A stretch of DNA of 59,253 bases, counting the filler. It is 3 parts of 3 records of this genome, joined end to end, with 100 filler letters (N's around TTAATTAATTAA, not from the genome) between each part and the next. Parts side by side here need not be neighbours in the genome. Positions count along the whole stretch, not along the records: positions 25,465 to 45,266 come from SRR20825006_658; 2 more parts are not named here. The stretch is one strand, 5' to 3'. This document shows, in pieces, positions 29,433 to 41,000 of this stretch. The position numbers and the translations under genes are program-made. The notes below the pieces were generated by a model, which saw nothing but the letters and a program-made list of their open reading frames with translations, searched no databases and had not been told where the DNA came from. Each line of letters begins with the position of its first letter. Position 1 is the first letter of the stretch.

Positions 29433-30650
29433 CTAACCAAAGAATGTTTGCGCCTTGCCAATCGCGGCAACAAGCGCATCAACATCATCTTTCCCATTAT
29501 ATAGGGCGAATGAGGCACGACATGTAGAGGTCACGCCAAATCTTTTCAGCAAAGGCTGCGCACAATGGCTGCCGGCCCGCACCGCAACGCCATAGCGATC
29601 TAAAATGGTCGATAAATCATGCGCGTGCACATTTTCGATGGCAAAGGAGAAAATCGCCCCTTTGCCCGGTGCATCGCCAATCAACCGCAAGGCGTTGATT
29701 TTCAATAGCTCTTGCCGCGCATAGTCGCCAATTTCATCTTCATACGCTTTGATCTTATCGCGGCCAATGCTTTCAATATAATCGATTGCGGCGCCCAAAC
29801 CAATGGCTTGCACAATCGGCGGCGTCCCGGCCTCAAACCGATGTGGCGGCTCAGCATAGGTCACATTGTCTTCAAACACGTCAGCAATCATTTCGCCGCC
29901 GCCCTGAAATGGCCGTGTGTCCAGCAAACGATCATATTTGCCGTAAAGCACGCCAATGCCTGTCGGCCCATAAAGCTTGTGCCCGGTGGCCACATAGAAA
30001 TCTACGTCCAAATCCTGCACGTCAACAGGCAGGTGCACCGCGCCTTGCGAGCCATCCACCATCACGGGAATGTTGCGTGCATGGGCAATTTCGGTCACTT
30101 TTTTGATGGGCACAATGGTCCCCATCACATTGGACATATGAGTTATGGCCACCATTTTTGTGCGATCGCTGATCGCGGCCTCAAAATCATCCAGGTCAAA
30201 GCTACCATCTTCGGCCACATCAACCCATTTGATCACTGCCCCTTGCCGCTCACGCAAAAAATGCCATGGCACGATATTGGAATGGTGCTCCATCTTGGTG
30301 ATGATGATCTCATCACCTTCACCAATCTTTGGCCCAGCAAAGCTTTGTGCCACCAAATTGATCGCTTCGGTGGCAGACCGGGTGAACACAATTTCTTCCA
30401 ACCGCTCAGCATTGAAAAACTTCTGCACCTTTGCCCGCGCATCCTCAAATGCTTCGGTCGCGCGGTTGGACAATGTGTGTAACCCACGGTGAACATTGGC
30501 ATATTCGTGCGCATAGGCATGCTGAATGCGCTCAAGCACCTGATTAGGCTTTTGCGCAGACGCACCACTATCCAGATAAACAAGCCGATGCCCGTTCACC
30601 TCTTCCTTTAAAATCGGAAAGTCTTCACGAATTTTGCCAAGGTCCAGCAT
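29433..30650 (-). CDS. sufS: Cysteine desulfurase, class II
   Basis: YLDSGASAQKP, EHHSN, TGHK and RAGSHCAQP motifs. Confidence 0.95.
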   Translation of the reverse strand: MLDLGKIREDFPILKEEVNGHRLVYLDSGASAQKPNQVLERIQHAYAHEYANVHRGLHTLSNRATEAFEDARAKVQKFFNAERLEEIVFTRSATEAINLVAQSFAGPKIGEGDEIIITKMEHHSNIVPWHFLRERQGAVIKWVDVAEDGSFDLDDFEAAISDRTKMVAITHMSNVMGTIVPIKKVTEIAHARNIPVMVDGSQGAVHLPVDVQDLDVDFYVATGHKLYGPTGIGVLYGKYDRLLDTRPFQGGGEMIADVFEDNVTYAEPPHRFEAGTPPIVQAIGLGAAIDYIESIGRDKIKAYEDEIGDYARQELLKINALRLIGDAPGKGAIFSFAIENVHAHDLSTILDRYGVAVRAGSHCAQPLLKRFGVTSTCRASFALYNGKDDVDALVAAIGKAQTFFG

Positions 30651-30652
30651 AA

Positions 30653-31852
30653 TTACTCCGCTGCCGCCAACCACGCATCAACGCGGTTTTCCAATTTGGC
30701 GTGCACTTGCTCATTTTCAATTTCGTCGAACAATTCGGCCAAAAAGGCTTTGATCAACATTGATTCAGCGTCCGCACGCGAGATGCCGCGGCTCATCAAA
30801 TAGAACAAATGGTTCTCATCCAATTCGCCACAGGTCGCCCCGTGTGCGCACAACACGTCATCAGCGAAAATCTCAAGCTCTGGCTTCACCAAAACTTCGG
30901 CACGCTCTGACAACAGCAAACCTTGGCACATCATCTGCGCATCAGTTTTCTGCGCATCCGGCGCCACAATAATTTTGCCTTGGAAGATCGCCTTCGCGCG
31001 GTCGCGCACGATAGATTTAAAGCTCTCTGTGCTGGTGGTGTTTGGCACGCCATGGTTCACATTCAATGTGATATCGCCATGCTGTTGGCCAACCAACAGG
31101 TTCAACCCGCCAAAGTCCGCATGCGCACCCTCGCCTTTAAAATCGGCTTTGATGTCTGTGCGGCCCAACTGGAAGTTAGAGTGCGTCACCAATGTCCGCA
31201 AATTGGCATTTTCATGCAAATCATAGCGGTTTTGCACGAACTGGCGCGCATCTTTTGCGTTTTGATCAAGCTGAATGTGCAGCAAGTTGCTTTCCGCAGC
31301 CACGTCCATCGCAAAGTCAGCAAAACGCAATCCGCTTTCATTGCTGCCTTCAAATGTCTCGATGATTGTCGCTTCAACGCCCTTGGCTGTGCGCACATTC
31401 ACCTTGCTTGCCGCAACGCTGTTGGCACCATCATGCACTTGTGCAATGTGAATTGGTGTTTCAATTGATTTTGAAATCACAATCTCGATTTGGCTCTGCG
31501 CAAAACCATCCATCAAATTGATGATTTGGTCGTGCCCAACAGTTTTGGCCACGTCAGCAGATTTGGCTTCCACACCATCAATCGTGTCGGCATGTACCAA
31601 AGCACCATTCACCAGCACAATTCGCGAAAAGCCTTCAAACTGTTCGCTTGGCAAACCATCATTTGCTTTTGCCAAGTTTGCTGGTACCTCACGCAGCAAA
31701 GTGCGCAAGTCGGTATAGTGATATTCTTCAATGCGACGTGTCGGCAAACCATTCGCCTTCAGCGCCGCTTTTGCGTCTGCAGCACCAGCCGCTTGCAACA
31801 AATCCGCAAGCTGGTTTTCCGCATCCGTCAATTTCACAACATGTTGTTCCAT
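30653..31852 (-). CDS. sufD: Fe-S assembly protein SufD
   Basis: KPELEIFADDVLCAHGAT and FYLMSRGI motifs. Confidence 0.93.
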   Translation of the reverse strand: MEQHVVKLTDAENQLADLLQAAGAADAKAALKANGLPTRRIEEYHYTDLRTLLREVPANLAKANDGLPSEQFEGFSRIVLVNGALVHADTIDGVEAKSADVAKTVGHDQIINLMDGFAQSQIEIVISKSIETPIHIAQVHDGANSVAASKVNVRTAKGVEATIIETFEGSNESGLRFADFAMDVAAESNLLHIQLDQNAKDARQFVQNRYDLHENANLRTLVTHSNFQLGRTDIKADFKGEGAHADFGGLNLLVGQQHGDITLNVNHGVPNTTSTESFKSIVRDRAKAIFQGKIIVAPDAQKTDAQMMCQGLLLSERAEVLVKPELEIFADDVLCAHGATCGELDENHLFYLMSRGISRADAESMLIKAFLAELFDEIENEQVHAKLENRVDAWLAAAE

Positions 31853-31873
31853 GAATTTTGCTCCAGCGTTGGA

Positions 31874-32641
31874 TTAAGCAGCAGTGCCGTCAAATTCGGC
31901 ATAGCCTTTTTTCTCAAGCTCAAGCGCCAATTCGCGGTCACCGCTTTCCACAACACGACCATCCGAGAACACGTGCACACGATCAGGCACAATATAGTTC
32001 AACAAGCGCTGATAGTGGGTGATCACAAGCATTGAGCGGTTTGCGTCACGCAAATGGTTCACGCCTTCAGAAACAATCTTCAACGCATCAATATCAAGGC
32101 CTGAGTCTGTTTCATCCAACACGCAAAGCGAAGGCTGCATCAGTGCCATTTGCAGGATTTCCGCACGCTTCTTTTCACCGCCAGAAAAGCCAACATTCAG
32201 TGGACGCTTCAGCATATCTTGGTTGATTTCCAACTGTGCAGACGCGTCTTTAACAAGCTTCATGAATTCAGGAATTTTCAGCTCGTCTTCGCCGCGTGTT
32301 TTCCGTTGCGCATTCAAAGCCGCTTTCAAGAAGGTCATTGTGGCCACGCCAGGAATTTCAATCGGATATTGGAACGCCAAGAATAGGCCAGCCGCAGCGC
32401 GCTCGTCGGCTTCCATTTCCAGCAAATCTTTGCCCATGAACAAAATTTCGCCGTCGGTGACTTCATAGCCATCTTTGCCCGCCAACACATATGAAAGCGT
32501 TGATTTGCCAGAGCCGTTACGGCCCATAATCGCGTGCACTTCGCCAGCCGGCAGGGTCAAATCAACCCCTTTCAGGATTTGCTTGTCTTCCTCTTCCACT
32601 TTCACATGGAGATTTTTGATTTCCAGAATTGGCGTTGTCAT
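31874..32641 (-). CDS. sufC: Fe-S assembly ATPase SufC
   Basis: [17 protein letters not shown] and [13 protein letters not shown] motifs. Confidence 0.96.
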   Translation of the reverse strand: MTTPILEIKNLHVKVEEEDKQILKGVDLTLPAGEVHAIMGRNGSGKSTLSYVLAGKDGYEVTDGEILFMGKDLLEMEADERAAAGLFLAFQYPIEIPGVATMTFLKAALNAQRKTRGEDELKIPEFMKLVKDASAQLEINQDMLKRPLNVGFSGGEKKRAEILQMALMQPSLCVLDETDSGLDIDALKIVSEGVNHLRDANRSMLVITHYQRLLNYIVPDRVHVFSDGRVVESGDRELALELEKKGYAEFDGTAA

Positions 32642-32704
32642 TTCAGTTCCTCAGTTCTCGCCCCGCAAGTTGGGCGCTTATGCGTCAATTTCAAAAGGCT
32701 TCGC

Positions 32705-32872
32705 TCACCACATATAGGTGATCACCAGCCAAACACTTAGAGCGGCAATCACACCTGCAATCCCGCCAATAATTTTATAGCCTTCGGGTTCTTCCGCTTT
32801 CACGCGGCCTGCCACCACATAGCCCATGCCAAGCCCGGCAATAATGGCGATGATGATCGTGCTCCAGCCCAT
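32705..32872 (-). CDS. 55-aa two-helix membrane protein of unknown function
   Basis: ATG overlaps the sufB stop (TAATG). Reads [55 protein letters not shown]; below the ORF-track size cutoff. Confidence 0.7.
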   Translation of the reverse strand: MGWSTIIIAIIAGLGMGYVVAGRVKAEEPEGYKIIGGIAGVIAALSVWLVITYMW

Positions 32873-34341
32873 TAGCCCACACTGCCTTCAAGGCTGATGC
32901 CAATCAGCTTTTGGCTTTCCGCCATAAACTCCATCGGCAAATGTTGCAGCACTTCGCGCACAAACCCGTTCACGATCAGCGCTACAGCCTCTTCTTCATT
33001 CAGGCCGCGTTGCTGACAATAAAACATCTGATCGTCAGAAATTTTCGATGTGGTCGCTTCGTGTTCAAACACAGCGCTTGAATTACGGCTTTCAATGTAC
33101 GGCACTGTGTGTGCACCACATTTATCGCCAATCAACAGGCTGTCACACTGGGTAAAGTTCCGTGCGCCTGTTGCTTTCGCATGGGCAGAAACTTGGCCAC
33201 GATATGTGTTTTGTGAAACACCAGCCGAAATGCCTTTAGAAATAATCCGAGAAGATGTGTTCTTGCCCAAATGGATCATTTTGGTGCCGCTATCCACTTG
33301 CTGGTGGCCATTCGAAATCGCAATCGAATAGAATTCACCAACTGAATTGTCACCGCGCAAAATACAGCTTGGATATTTCCAAGTGATGGCAGAACCGGTT
33401 TCAACCTGTGTCCAAGAAATCTTAGAATTTTTACCACGGCAATCACCGCGCTTGGTCACAAAGTTATAAATGCCGCCCTTGCCGTCTTTATCGCCCGGGT
33501 ACCAGTTTTGAACGGTCGAATATTTGATCTCAGCATCATCCAACGCCACCAATTCAACCACAGCAGCGTGCAACTGGTTCTCATCGCGCATTGGGGCCGT
33601 ACAGCCTTCCAAATAGCTCACATAAGAGCCCTCGTCGGCAATGATCAATGTGCGTTCAAACTGACCGGTTTTTTCTTCGTTGATGCGGAAGTAAGTTGAT
33701 AGTTCCATCGGGCAACGCACGCCTTTTGGAATATAAACAAATGACCCGTCAGAGAACACGGCCGCATTCAAAGTTGCGTAGAAATTGTCAGAGGTCGGCA
33801 CAACCGAGCCAAGATATTTCTTCACCAATTCTGGGTGCTCTTTCACTGCCTCTGAGATCGAGCAGAAGATCACGCCTGCTTTGGCCAACTCTTCTTTAAA
33901 AGTGGTCACAACAGATACGCTGTCAAACACAGCGTCAACAGCCACTTTCGCGCCTTCAACACCAGCCAACACAGCTTGTTCAGAAAGCGGAATGCCTAGC
34001 TTTTCATATGTGGCCAACAATTCAGGATCAACTTCATCAAGGCTTTTCGGCCCCGGTGTCGATTTTGGTGCGGCATAATAATAAAGGTCTTGGAAGTCGA
34101 TTTCAGGATAATCGACACGCGCCCAGCTTGGCTCTTCCATTTGCTGCCAACGGCGGAAAGCTTCTAAACGCCATTCCAGCATCCATTCTGGCTCATCCTT
34201 TTTGGCCGAAATGAAGCGCACAATATCTTCATTCAAACCCTTAGGGGCCAAATCCATTTCGATATCGGTCTTAAAGCCATACTTATATTTATCAACGTCA
34301 ATTTCCTTGACCTGATCAATAGTTTCCTTAACCGCAGCCAT
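32872..34341 (-). CDS. sufB: Fe-S scaffold SufB
   Basis: [27 protein letters not shown] and EHEATTS motifs. Confidence 0.97.
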   Translation of the reverse strand: MAAVKETIDQVKEIDVDKYKYGFKTDIEMDLAPKGLNEDIVRFISAKKDEPEWMLEWRLEAFRRWQQMEEPSWARVDYPEIDFQDLYYYAAPKSTPGPKSLDEVDPELLATYEKLGIPLSEQAVLAGVEGAKVAVDAVFDSVSVVTTFKEELAKAGVIFCSISEAVKEHPELVKKYLGSVVPTSDNFYATLNAAVFSDGSFVYIPKGVRCPMELSTYFRINEEKTGQFERTLIIADEGSYVSYLEGCTAPMRDENQLHAAVVELVALDDAEIKYSTVQNWYPGDKDGKGGIYNFVTKRGDCRGKNSKISWTQVETGSAITWKYPSCILRGDNSVGEFYSIAISNGHQQVDSGTKMIHLGKNTSSRIISKGISAGVSQNTYRGQVSAHAKATGARNFTQCDSLLIGDKCGAHTVPYIESRNSSAVFEHEATTSKISDDQMFYCQQRGLNEEEAVALIVNGFVREVLQHLPMEFMAESQKLIGISLEGSVG

Positions 34342-34367
34342 TTCGAGACCTCTCTTTCATCATCCCA

Positions 34368-35531
34368 TCAAACAGCGCGCGCGTTTGGATGCGCACTGTC
34401 TTTAAACTTCTCCGCAATCTGCGCACTGGCAGATAGAAATGCTTCAATATCATCTGGCGTGCTGTTCCAACCTACGCTCAGGCGTAACGCACAATCCGCC
34501 AAGTCTGGATCAACATGCATGGCGTTCAACACGTGTGAACGCGACACTTTGCCTGATGAACAGGCCGACCCGGCTGAAAGCGCAATCCGCGCCAGATCAT
34601 ATTGAATCATCGAAATATTGTTCTTGATGCCCGGCAGCGCAAACGCGCTGGCCACGCCAGAACGGGGCGCATCTGCGCCAAAAAACACAACTTGCGGAAA
34701 CAGCGCCTTCAAGCCCTCTTCCGCCTTCGCCACCAAATCCTGCTGCATTTGCGCAAAATTCTCTTTTGCCTGTGCAGCGGCAACGCCAAATGCAGCAATC
34801 AGCGCAGCAGATTCGGTGCCGCCGCGGCGCCCCTGCTCTTGCCCCCCACCGGGGATCAGACGCACATCATCAACGCGCGGCTTCAAAATCAACGCGCCAA
34901 CACCTGCCGGACCACCAATTTTGTGCGCTGAAACGCTGTAGAAATCTGCGCGAGATGGATCGAAATAAAACTCGACCTTGCCCGCCCCTTGGGCGCCATC
35001 CACCAGCAGATAATGTTCTTTGTCGAACAACAGCTCGCCAATCTCTTCAATAGGCTGCACCACGCTGGTTTCATTGTTCACTTGCTGCACAGCCACCAAA
35101 ACGCGCTCATCTGCCGCATCAGCAGCAGCCAATTGCGCCTCAAGTGCAGCAACGTCCAAAAGTCCATTTTCAAGCATTGGAATAAAGTCAAACGACACCC
35201 CGGCGCTTTCAACCGCGCGGATCACCGCCATATGCTCGCCTGCGCCAACTAAAATCCGTTGGATTTTCTGGCTGCGGGCCAAGCCCCAAATCGCATGGGT
35301 CAGGCTTTCCGTGGCGGACCCTGTAAACACCACTCGTCCCCGCGCTGTGCCACACAACAGCGCCACTTGGTCGCGGGCTTCTTCAATGATCGCACGCAGC
35401 TTGCGTCCATTCTCATGCACGGAAGAAGGATTGCCCGGAATCGCTAAAACATCGACCAACGCATCACGCGCCGCAGGCAACAAAGGTGCCGAAGCGCTAT
35501 GGTCTAGATATGTCACCGCGTTCCGCGTCAT
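34368..35531 (-). CDS. Cysteine desulfurase, class I (IscS/NifS-like), first gene of the suf operon
   Basis: GNPSS.H, SAHKIGGP and SAGSACSSG motifs; alternative start GTG 35543. Confidence 0.88.
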   Translation of the reverse strand: MTRNAVTYLDHSASAPLLPAARDALVDVLAIPGNPSSVHENGRKLRAIIEEARDQVALLCGTARGRVVFTGSATESLTHAIWGLARSQKIQRILVGAGEHMAVIRAVESAGVSFDFIPMLENGLLDVAALEAQLAAADAADERVLVAVQQVNNETSVVQPIEEIGELLFDKEHYLLVDGAQGAGKVEFYFDPSRADFYSVSAHKIGGPAGVGALILKPRVDDVRLIPGGGQEQGRRGGTESAALIAAFGVAAAQAKENFAQMQQDLVAKAEEGLKALFPQVVFFGADAPRSGVASAFALPGIKNNISMIQYDLARIALSAGSACSSGKVSRSHVLNAMHVDPDLADCALRLSVGWNSTPDDIEAFLSASAQIAEKFKDSAHPNARAV

Positions 35532-35646
35532 TGAAAAATTCACTCTTTTTCAGGGCCACAGGCCGATTCAGCCAAACAGTTCTTGAATTTTGCGCGCGAC
35601 AATAGGTAAAAGAAGCGCACAATTATTGACTGTTGGGCGAAAAACT

Positions 35647-35667
35647 AGTTTTGAATAATTCTAAACT
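35647..35667. promoter_or_regulatory. Iron control element (Irr/ICE box) upstream of the suf operon
   Basis: AGTTTTGAATAATTCTAAACT is near-palindromic and one mismatch from TTTAGAA-N3-TTCTAAA. Confidence 0.75.
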
Positions 35668-35783
35668 GGTTTTTCGCACTCACGTTTTAGGTAGCGTGCT
35701 GACATTCGTCAACCCTTTTCGCCGAACAATCCCTGCATTCGGCAAAAGCTTTTGGTTTTGAGTGGGGAAAGAAGGTCTCGTGT

Positions 35784-36446
35784 ATGCCTGAAGTATTCTT
35801 TAATGGTCCCGCTGGTCGCCTTGAAGGGCGCTACCAACCCGCAAAAGACCCAAATGCGCCGATCGCAGTTGTGCTGCATCCGCATCCGGAATTTGGCGGC
35901 ACCATGAACAACCAAATTGTTTATAATCTTTTTTACATGTTCGCCAAACGCGGCTTTTCTGTGCTGCGCTTCAATTCTCGCGGCGTTGGCCGGTCTCAAG
36001 GCTCGTTTGACCATGGTGTTGGCGAATTGTCTGATGCCGCTGCTGCGCTTGATTGGTTGCAAACCTTGAATAAGGAAAGCCCTGGCGTTTGGATCGCTGG
36101 CTTTTCGTTCGGTGCATGGATTGGCATGCAGCTTTTGATGCGCCGTCCAGAAGTGGAAGGCTTTATCTCTGTTGCGCCACCAGAAAATCTTTATGACTTT
36201 GCTTTCTTGGCCCCTTGCCCATCTTCTGGCCTGATCATTCATGGCGAAAAAGACCGTGTGGCACCGCCAGAAGCAGTTCAAAAGCTTGTTGATAAGTTGC
36301 AACAGCAAAAAGGCATCACAGTGGAACAAAAGATCGTAGAGGGAGCCAACCACTTCTTCGAAGATCGCATTGATCCATTGATCGAAGAATGCGCCGAATA
36401 CCTTGATCGTCGGCGTGAAGAAATCGCCCAAGGCGGTGGCCGTTAG
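35784..36446 (+). CDS. Conserved alpha/beta hydrolase
   Basis: HPHP..GGTM, GFSFG nucleophile elbow, GEKD and GANHFF motifs; divergent from suf, as is common in Alphaproteobacteria. Confidence 0.9.
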   Translation: MPEVFFNGPAGRLEGRYQPAKDPNAPIAVVLHPHPEFGGTMNNQIVYNLFYMFAKRGFSVLRFNSRGVGRSQGSFDHGVGELSDAAAALDWLQTLNKESPGVWIAGFSFGAWIGMQLLMRRPEVEGFISVAPPENLYDFAFLAPCPSSGLIIHGEKDRVAPPEAVQKLVDKLQQQKGITVEQKIVEGANHFFEDRIDPLIEECAEYLDRRREEIAQGGGR

Positions 36447-36490
36447 CAAACCTGCGCGGCAAAATATAAGAAAAATAAAAGGAAAAGCTT

Positions 36491-37744
36491 ATGACCTACA
36501 AATCCGACTTTTTGCGCACGCTAGAAGAGCGCGGGTTTTTGTATCAGCTTTCTGATGCAGAAGGCCTAGACAAGAAACTCTGTGAAGGTCCGGTAACAGG
36601 TTATATTGGCTTTGACGCAACCGCAAAGAGCCTGCACGTGGGCAACCTCGTGCAGATCATGCTGCTCTATTGGCTGCAAAAAACCGGCAACAAGCCTCTT
36701 GTTTTGATGGGCGGCGGCACCTCCATGGTGGGCGACCCGACAGGCAAAGACGAGATGCGCCAAATGATGACGCCTGAAATCATTGAAGGCAACAAATCAA
36801 GCATTCGCGAAATCTTTGCCAATGTGCTGGATTTTGGCGACGGCCCGACAGATGCGACTATGCTCGACAATGCTGAGTGGCTTTTAAAGCTGAACTACAT
36901 TGATTTTCTGCGTGATGTAGGCGCCAAAATCTCCATCAACCAAATGCTGACGCGCGAAGCGGTAAAACAACGTTTGGATCGCGAACAATCTTTGAGCTTC
37001 TTGGAGTTCAACTACATGATTTTGCAAGGTTACGACTTTGCTGAAATCAACAAGCGTTATGGCTGCACCCTGCAAATGGGCGGCTCAGACCAGTGGGGCA
37101 ACATCCTTTCTGGTGTGGATTTGGCGCGTCGGTTGAACGGTGCAGAATGTTTTGCGGTCACCACACCACTCATCACCAAATCTGATGGCTCAAAAATGGG
37201 CAAGTCGGTTGCAGGTGCTGTGTGGCTGCGGGCGGACATGTTGTCGGTTTATGACTACTGGCAGTTCTGGCGCAACACAGGCGATGCTGATGTTGGCAAA
37301 TTCGCCAGATTGTTCACAACCCTCCCCTTGGATGAAATCACCCGTTGGGAAGGCTTGGAAGGCAATGAGCTGAACGAAGTCAAAAAGCAATTGGCCATCG
37401 CTGCAACGGCCATGATTCACGGCCAAGAAGCCGCTAAAGAGGCTGCAGAAACAGCGCGCCGTACGTTCGAAGAAGGCGCCATCGATCTAACGCTGCCCAC
37501 AGTGGAAGTGACCAAAGCTGAGTTCAACGAAGGCTTGGGCATCTTAAATGCCTTCGTCACCGCTGGCCTCGCCGGATCAAACGGCGAAGCCCGCCGCCTG
37601 ATCAAATCAGGCGCGCTCAAGGTGAATGACGAAAAAGTCGATGATGAACGCGCCACATTGGGCGAAGGTCAACTTCTACCCGAAGGCGTCATCAAACTAT
37701 CAGCCGGCAAAAAGCGGCATATCCTGCTTAAGCCTGCCGAATAG
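36491..37744 (+). CDS. tyrS: Tyrosine--tRNA ligase
   Basis: [12 protein letters not shown] and KMGKS motifs; C-terminal S4 domain. Confidence 0.97.
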   Translation: MTYKSDFLRTLEERGFLYQLSDAEGLDKKLCEGPVTGYIGFDATAKSLHVGNLVQIMLLYWLQKTGNKPLVLMGGGTSMVGDPTGKDEMRQMMTPEIIEGNKSSIREIFANVLDFGDGPTDATMLDNAEWLLKLNYIDFLRDVGAKISINQMLTREAVKQRLDREQSLSFLEFNYMILQGYDFAEINKRYGCTLQMGGSDQWGNILSGVDLARRLNGAECFAVTTPLITKSDGSKMGKSVAGAVWLRADMLSVYDYWQFWRNTGDADVGKFARLFTTLPLDEITRWEGLEGNELNEVKKQLAIAATAMIHGQEAAKEAAETARRTFEEGAIDLTLPTVEVTKAEFNEGLGILNAFVTAGLAGSNGEARRLIKSGALKVNDEKVDDERATLGEGQLLPEGVIKLSAGKKRHILLKPAE

Positions 37745-37762
37745 GCACATCGCAATTAAAAG

Positions 37763-37792
37763 AAAAGCCCGGCCATCGCGCCGGGCTTTTTT
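37763..37792 (+). terminator. Rho-independent terminator after tyrS
   Basis: AAAAGCCCGGC-catcgc-GCCGGGCTTTTTT. Confidence 0.85.
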
Positions 37793-37802
37793 GGAGCTGG
37801 AA

Positions 37803-38090
37803 ATGTATTCGTTAAAAGTGAGTCTCTGGGTAAAACCAGATAAGATCAATGAATTTGAACGCTTTGAAAAACATGCGTTCAAAATTATGCAGAAACATGG
37901 CGCAGTAATTTCAAAAGTAGAACGTTTGGGCGTTTTTACCGAACAAACACCCTTTGAAATTCACTGGATTGACTTCCCAAGCAAAGCCACTTTCCAGAAT
38001 TACCGAGAAGACAAAGCCATTTCGGAATTTGCACATTTAAGAGCAGAAAGCATTACCAAGACCGAATTAGAAGTTTTGCCTCACTCCTAA
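37803..38090 (+). CDS. Small dimeric alpha-beta-barrel protein (DUF1330-like)
   Basis: GGAG RBS then ATG 37803; FE.FE..A..IM.KHG and EIH.IDFPS...F..YRED patterns. Confidence 0.62.
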   Translation: MYSLKVSLWVKPDKINEFERFEKHAFKIMQKHGAVISKVERLGVFTEQTPFEIHWIDFPSKATFQNYREDKAISEFAHLRAESITKTELEVLPHS

Positions 38091-41000
38091 TTCTGCACCT
38101 GTTCCAACGCACGCTCAGCTTCAGGATCACCCTTCGCTTTAAATTCGAAGATCTGGCGGAAAACACCCGGGGCCAGAATTGAAGCCGGGTTGATTGAGAA
38201 TTGCGGATCGTCCAGCGGTCCACGCACCGCAAATGTAACCCCAATAAGCCCTTCGCCATCACGGCCACCCAAAATCGCCCCAAGCAGCGGCAGTTTCTGG
38301 AAAATGTTGTTCAAGCCGAACAGTGGGATATAGGTGCCCACCAAATCATATTGGCGACTGCCTGTATAAATATTGCCCCGCAATGTGCCACCAATCGTGC
38401 CGCCATCAAGTGCACCCTTGGTTACGGTAATCACGCCATCGCCGCCGGTGAATTCAATTTCAGCCTTGCGGAAACGCAATTGATTTTGCCGTTCAATCAG
38501 CTTGCGGCTGTCCCGGTGATTGCCCAAAACCAGCGCAACCTTTTCCTCGTCCGCAATCGCAAATTCATTCAACGTAAAGCCGCCAGAGATTCGCCCAGCC
38601 TTATCGTTGATGTTCAGCACAAGGCTGCCCACACCATTCAACAAACGTGGATAGATGCCAATAAAGCGCAGCAACGTTCCCAAATCATTGGATGCCGCCA
38701 CCATAGACCGACCGGATTGCAGCGGATTGGTCGTGATAGACACTGATTTATCATTGCCGAACGAAGATTGCATATTCACCGTGCGGAAATCCGCCCCACG
38801 GAACACAAACCGCCCTTTGGTGTTAAACGCAGTCGTTTTGTAAAAGCCCAAGGCCCGATCCAGCGAAATATCAATATCGATGATTTGATCTTCCGCATTC
38901 GACGTGGCCGCAGAAGTGCCTTGATCCAACCCGAGGAAGCGCCGCAGCATGGGCTTCAAATCAAGCTGTTCGCCTGAAAGATTGACCTTAAATCCCCCCT
39001 TGATCGGCGACAAAGATACTCTTGCCTTATCGCCTGGATTCAGTTGGAAGGTAGACATTTCCGCATTGGTCAGTCCATCCTCAAAATCATATTCAAGGCC
39101 ACCTGCGATCCGCACATTGCCGAAGCGCAAATCAATTTGCGGCACATCCACATGATCTTCAGCCAACCGCAATTCAGCATTCAATTGGCCAGCAACGCCC
39201 GCCTTTTTAGAAACGCCAAGTTCGGAGAATTTCAGTGCCGCATTGGTCAAATCCACAGCGACCTGAATATCATCCCCCACCGGGCGGCCAACAACACGAA
39301 TTGGTCCAGTCACAAATTGCGACACATCAAAGCCAAGCTTCTTCCGTTCTTTCTCGGTCAAAGTGGCGGACGCCGTGATCACCGGATCGCTTTCATCCTC
39401 AGCCTCAATCCGCAAATCAGCCAGCACATCGTCAACGCGTACGCGGCCTGATGCCTGATAACCTTCTTGCGAGGCGGTAAACTGTAGATCACCCTCGCTA
39501 ACCGCATAGCCTTCAATCGGCACATCACTCGCAAAGTCCTGCACGCTGCCATTCAACGTATAATCAAGGCCCTCCGGCTTACCGTCACCAAACTGCGAAA
39601 TTGTCGCGATCACATTGATGTCGGCCGCGCCAGTCAAATCCTCTGGCTTATATTCCAGATCAAAATCCTCCAGCAAATTCAGCGGCTCTTTGGACGCAAT
39701 GGCAATCAAAGTACTCACATCACCTTCAAGGTCGCCGGAAATCTCGAACACTTGGTCCTTAGGGAAGGTATTGCGGTTCAAATAGGCCGCATTGGTGATC
39801 TCCACCTGCCCCGCCGCATCGCTTACCAATCCACGGTCAAAGCCCATTTCGATAAAATGGTCTTTCACTTTAATGGTCGTGGTGCCCACAATATCAATCG
39901 TTGGAAAACCCGGCAGCGGCAGCAAAGAAACATCTTGCGCCGTCCCCAAAATGGTCAGACCGTCTTTTGGGATGGGCTTATCTTCACCCTTTTCACCAAT
40001 GGTCCCCACCGGAAAATCAAACCGCATCTTCGCGGTGTTCAGCCGACCATCGGAAACATTTTCCACAAACCATTCTCGCGCTTCCCGCGCCAGAAAATAA
40101 GGCCATAGCCGCTTCAAACTGTCCGCATCCATGCCGCGGGCCACCATGGCCAAGTCAAGCCCAATGCCCGCCTGCAAAACATCAACCCGGCCATCCGCCT
40201 GCAAACTATATTCGCCAGTATTGATCGTCACCTTATCAATGCCAATCGCGCCATAAACAGGCGCAGACCAGCCATTGAATAGAATGTTCGGAATCACCTT
40301 CTCAGGCGCATCCATATCGTTCGGATGCAAATAGACATTGGCCAGTTGCATGCCGATGCCAACCGTTGGTCCGTAAAGCTCGTCCAAACCGAGCGCAAAT
40401 TCGCCTGAAATATCAGCGTAGCTTTGCCCCACTTCAATGCGTGTCGGCGACAGGAAATAACGGCTCTCGCGCGGCTTCCATTCCACTTGCGCCACTTCGG
40501 ATTGCACGGGAAAAACATCACTCTCAACCGCCGCCAATGTGCCGCTCACATCCACATCAAACTGGCCGAGATAAACGCCCTTATCGTCAAAATTCACGTC
40601 AAAATCGAGCTTTGATCCGCCTTTCAGCGCAAACACGCCATCTTGATCATCCAAAAATGGCATCAGCAATGCCAAATCTAAATTCTCAAAGCTGCCACTC
40701 ACGCGACGTTCTTGCCCAGCTTCCATGGTCCAGAAAAAGCTGCCCGACGTGCGGCGACCTGCTGCGCTAAAGCGCGAAAACATGGAAACGCCATTGTCAT
40801 AGGCCAGCAACTCAAGCTCAACATAATCAAGCGAGCGATATAGCTGATAAATCCGGTCAAGCACATCAATGCGGCCACCGCTCACAGTCAGTTTGCGATA
40901 AGCCCCATCTGCTGTGTTTTCCGCAAATAGCGCCAGCAATCCTTCCAACCCATTCACGGCCTCAATGGCCCAAGCATTGTCAGACTTGACCTTGAGCGCT

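Noticed and set aside
35709-36449. 246-aa minus-strand ORF
   Set aside because: Antisense to the conserved alpha/beta hydrolase.
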